From NCBI GenBank assembly GCA_951406725.2, contig OX597814.1, positions 146,940,001-147,004,000 of the forward strand: DNA of 64,000 nucleotides, given 5' to 3'. Source of the stretch: Octopus vulgaris. Taxonomy: Eukaryota. Each line of letters opens with the position of its first letter. The stretch's first letter is position 1. Under the pieces are notes generated by a model. It searched no databases. It worked only from the letters and a program-made list of their open reading frames with translations, and had not been told where the DNA came from. Shown here piece after piece: positions 60,998 through 64,000 of this stretch. Both the position numbers and the translations under genes were made by a program.

Positions 60998-62544
60998 CAA
61001 AGGAAATTGAACTATTGACAGTAAAATGGAGTATTGAATGAAAATTAATAAAGAATTGAATACTCACATTTCAGGAGTTTAAGAAAAAACTGAGTTTCAG
61101 AAGAAAAAAACGAGGATTTACTTGGATATAAAAATGTAAATAATCCAAACCAACCCAATTCTGCAAATCTTTTAATGATCGGAAATTATTCCTCTGAGTA
61201 TTTGATCTTGCCGTTTAAACAAATGTGTGGAGTGATTGTTATATATTTAGTCCTTATTTCACATTTTCAGCTACATTCAGACTTAGAGAATATTTCAGTA
61301 ATAGGACATTTTCAGCCATCAAAGTACGTTTGAAAACTCAGACATTTTCCTCCTTTATTGCTCGCAAATTTTCACAAAGGAGACCGTTTCATTTTATGTC
61401 TTTATGACTAGTTACTAACATAATTTTAGACACCAGTTTACGACCAACAATTGATATTTCGAACATACATTGTCTCTAGATACGCATGAAAACGACGACC
61501 ACGCATTTTACAAATCATGTTTTTAATTTATCCTTGAGAAACAGTATTTAGCGCATGAATGCCAAGCAATGTGACCGTTGATAACTGTTTTTAACTCCAA
61601 GAAGACTCGTTTGAGCAGATTTTAGACCATCAAGCACGTGTCTAATTGTTTTCGATCTATTGTAGGTAAATCAAAGCAGTGGATTTCCAACAATAAAAGG
61701 TTACAACATTTTAAGTGCTGATATTTCTTATTTTTTTCTCATATAATGCCCATTTTATGTTGCATGATTTCTATCAGCATATACAAAAAGAAACAAGACG
61801 ATCAGGATTGGAACCAGTTCGGACAGCAGAAAGCGAAACCACAATTCATAATATAGATTCTACAAGCCAATTCTACTCTATATTAATCATGAAAATGTTT
61901 TAAATATGTATGCATTGTAATGAGTGTCGGTATAGCGTGATGTTCTGCTTAAGTGAAAGAAATATTGTTTTAAAATCACTCGAGGCAGTGACAGAAATAA
62001 AAACTGCAATTTTTGACTGCACGCGTTAGAGTATTAATATACGTCACTTCATGTACTGATTTAATCGAAGTAAAATAAGAACCAATCACACATTTCAATC
62101 AACGTGAGGAGGCATTATTCAAAATTTGAATAATATTTTAGCTGTACAATTTTTTTTTCAGAATGTAGTTATAAATGTTATTCCTTTCTGAATTATTAGT
62201 TTCATATTTTGTATAACTTCACAAATGCTAATTTACTCACTCTATATATAACTAATAATTCATCACATTATTTCGAAAGAGCTTTTATCAGTAGAACGCA
62301 CGCACAGGAATTAAACGGAAATAATTTCCTAAGTTATGTTGTAACGTTTTCACATAGAGAAGTATAAATCACGAGATCTGTATTTTAACCACATATTGAT
62401 GAGAAACATTTCTTTATATAGGGAGCATTGCACAACGCATCTGTACGCTGATGTAGTAAGCGAAATTGAAATACGGGTATTCAATTCTTTATTAGTTTTC
62501 ATTCAATACTCCATTTTACTGTCACTAGTTCAATTTTCTTTTGC
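60998..62544. mobile_element. Candidate 1.55-kb element bounded by ~76-bp inverted repeats
   Basis: 60998-61073 is the reverse complement of 62467-62544 (tgacagtaaaatggagtattgaatgaaaa..). Confidence 0.55.
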
Positions 62545-62579
62545 ACGTCACAATTTGAACATTTTGAAAAGCTTTTATT

Positions 62580-63402
62580 CTAAAAAAAGAGAAAATTCCA
62601 CAGCCGAACCAGCGCATACTGTAAATCATCCTCTGGACGTTAGTGATCCGCGTAATAGGCATTTCCGACACCACAGTATCTTTAAACTTACCTCGGATTT
62701 TTCATGATATATTTCCTGCAAATTTCTTTTGATATTGCAGATTTACTAAATGCCATCTGCTCAATTTTGAAATAGATTGTATTTTATGTAGTGAGCATCT
62801 CTATTATTGAAAACAAAGGAATGAACATTGAACAGTATTTTTGTTACTCACCATTAATACATTACTTCGGCACTAAACAAAAAATTGATAGTAGTTAAGG
62901 AAATAGTATTAGGCTGCATTTGCACGCGTCTTAAAAAATTCTGCAAATGAAAATAAAGTTATGATTTCAGATCATATATAATTTATACGCTATTCCCAGA
63001 ATCCGCTGAATATAAACAGTAATACAGAAGAATAGAATATTGTAAATCCCTTTCTTCAGACACTGGTTACTTGGACGCAAATACCTCTCATCAATACTCA
63101 TTGATAACTTGTGGCGCAGCCGTACTCTTCACCGGTGTTTTTTGTTCAGTATTTGCTGTTGTCACTCCATTACTGTGTCTGTCAAACGCAGTTCGGATTT
63201 CTCTACAAGCACCCCTTCGCTGAGTAAGACCCATTCTAAATATGACGAAAATATTTGAAGGATACGATTCAGGCATTATTGACAAGCTGATACACGAGAT
63301 GCTCCATATAAATTCGTCACCATTGCACGGAAATTGTTGGAACCAATACATACCTTGTCTTTTCTCAACACCAGTTTATACATATTTGTGATTAAACCAC
63401 TC
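62580..63402 (-). other. Candidate multi-exon transcript with short introns (no long ORF)
   Basis: Acceptor junctions at 63403, 63236, 62941, 62873, 62580; donor junctions at 63353 (AAG|gtatgt), 62851 (ATG|gtgagt), 62691 (GAG|gtaagt). Confidence 0.4.
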
Positions 63403-63859
63403 CTACAATAAAATTGATATTCTTAAATTACGCCGACCTAAATGCTATCTATTTGCCGTATAGTTATTGCTTTAAGTGAATTTAGATAATACGATTATTT
63501 TTAATAGAAATTATAAAACTTTATAATATAATATGTTACAATATGTAATTAAAGTATATGCTTAATACTTTATACATAAATGAAAGAGTAAATTTACATT
63601 ATTTCGTCGTTCAAAATAAATGAGGATAATATATATAAACGTATAGTAAAACAGTGGAATCTAAGCAATATAGTTATTTTCTGAGCAAATGATAATAGAC
63701 AACATTCAAGAAGACGAATAAATTGATAAGGGAAAACAGCAATTTTTCCATTTTAAGAGTTTTGCTTCCCTTTCTCCTTCATAATATTGTATCTCTAATA
63801 AATTTATTTTTTTAGCTGCGCAAGAAGAATTATATCAGGTTTCCTTATATATGTATATA

Positions 63860-64000
63860 TCTCTTATATAAAATCCGTTCTGTTTGTCTGTCTGTATGTG
63901 TGTCTTCTCGGATCTCGAGCATTCTCCATCCGATTGCGTTCATATTTGATATGTAGATACCGAAGGTATGAGGACGTGTATAAGTCTTGAAAAAATTCCA
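63860..64000 (+). mobile_element. 5' end of Helitron-like element (runs off the window)
   Basis: A|TCtcttatataaaatc followed by (gtct)n, the typical Lep1-like start. Confidence 0.55.

Overview
AT-rich, microsatellite-saturated animal genomic DNA, largely intergenic or intronic. The two tRNA-derived SINE families and the density of (TA)n/(CA)n repeats strongly suggest an octopus genome (inference). I can identify no intact host gene; most listed ORFs are microsatellite translations or chance frames. The window holds many SINE copies, decayed mariner (DD34D) and maT (DD37D) transposons, L1/Tx1, CR1-like and RLE-type LINE fragments, and Helitron-like elements. The most interesting signal is a set of short non-coding elements sitting in (TA)n tracts that carry minimal hammerhead-ribozyme motifs and/or long fold-back palindromes (Penelope-like or retrozyme-like). 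There is also a cluster of strong minus-strand splice signals at about 62.6-63.4 kb. Family assignments come from motif recognition by eye, and many boundaries are approximate.
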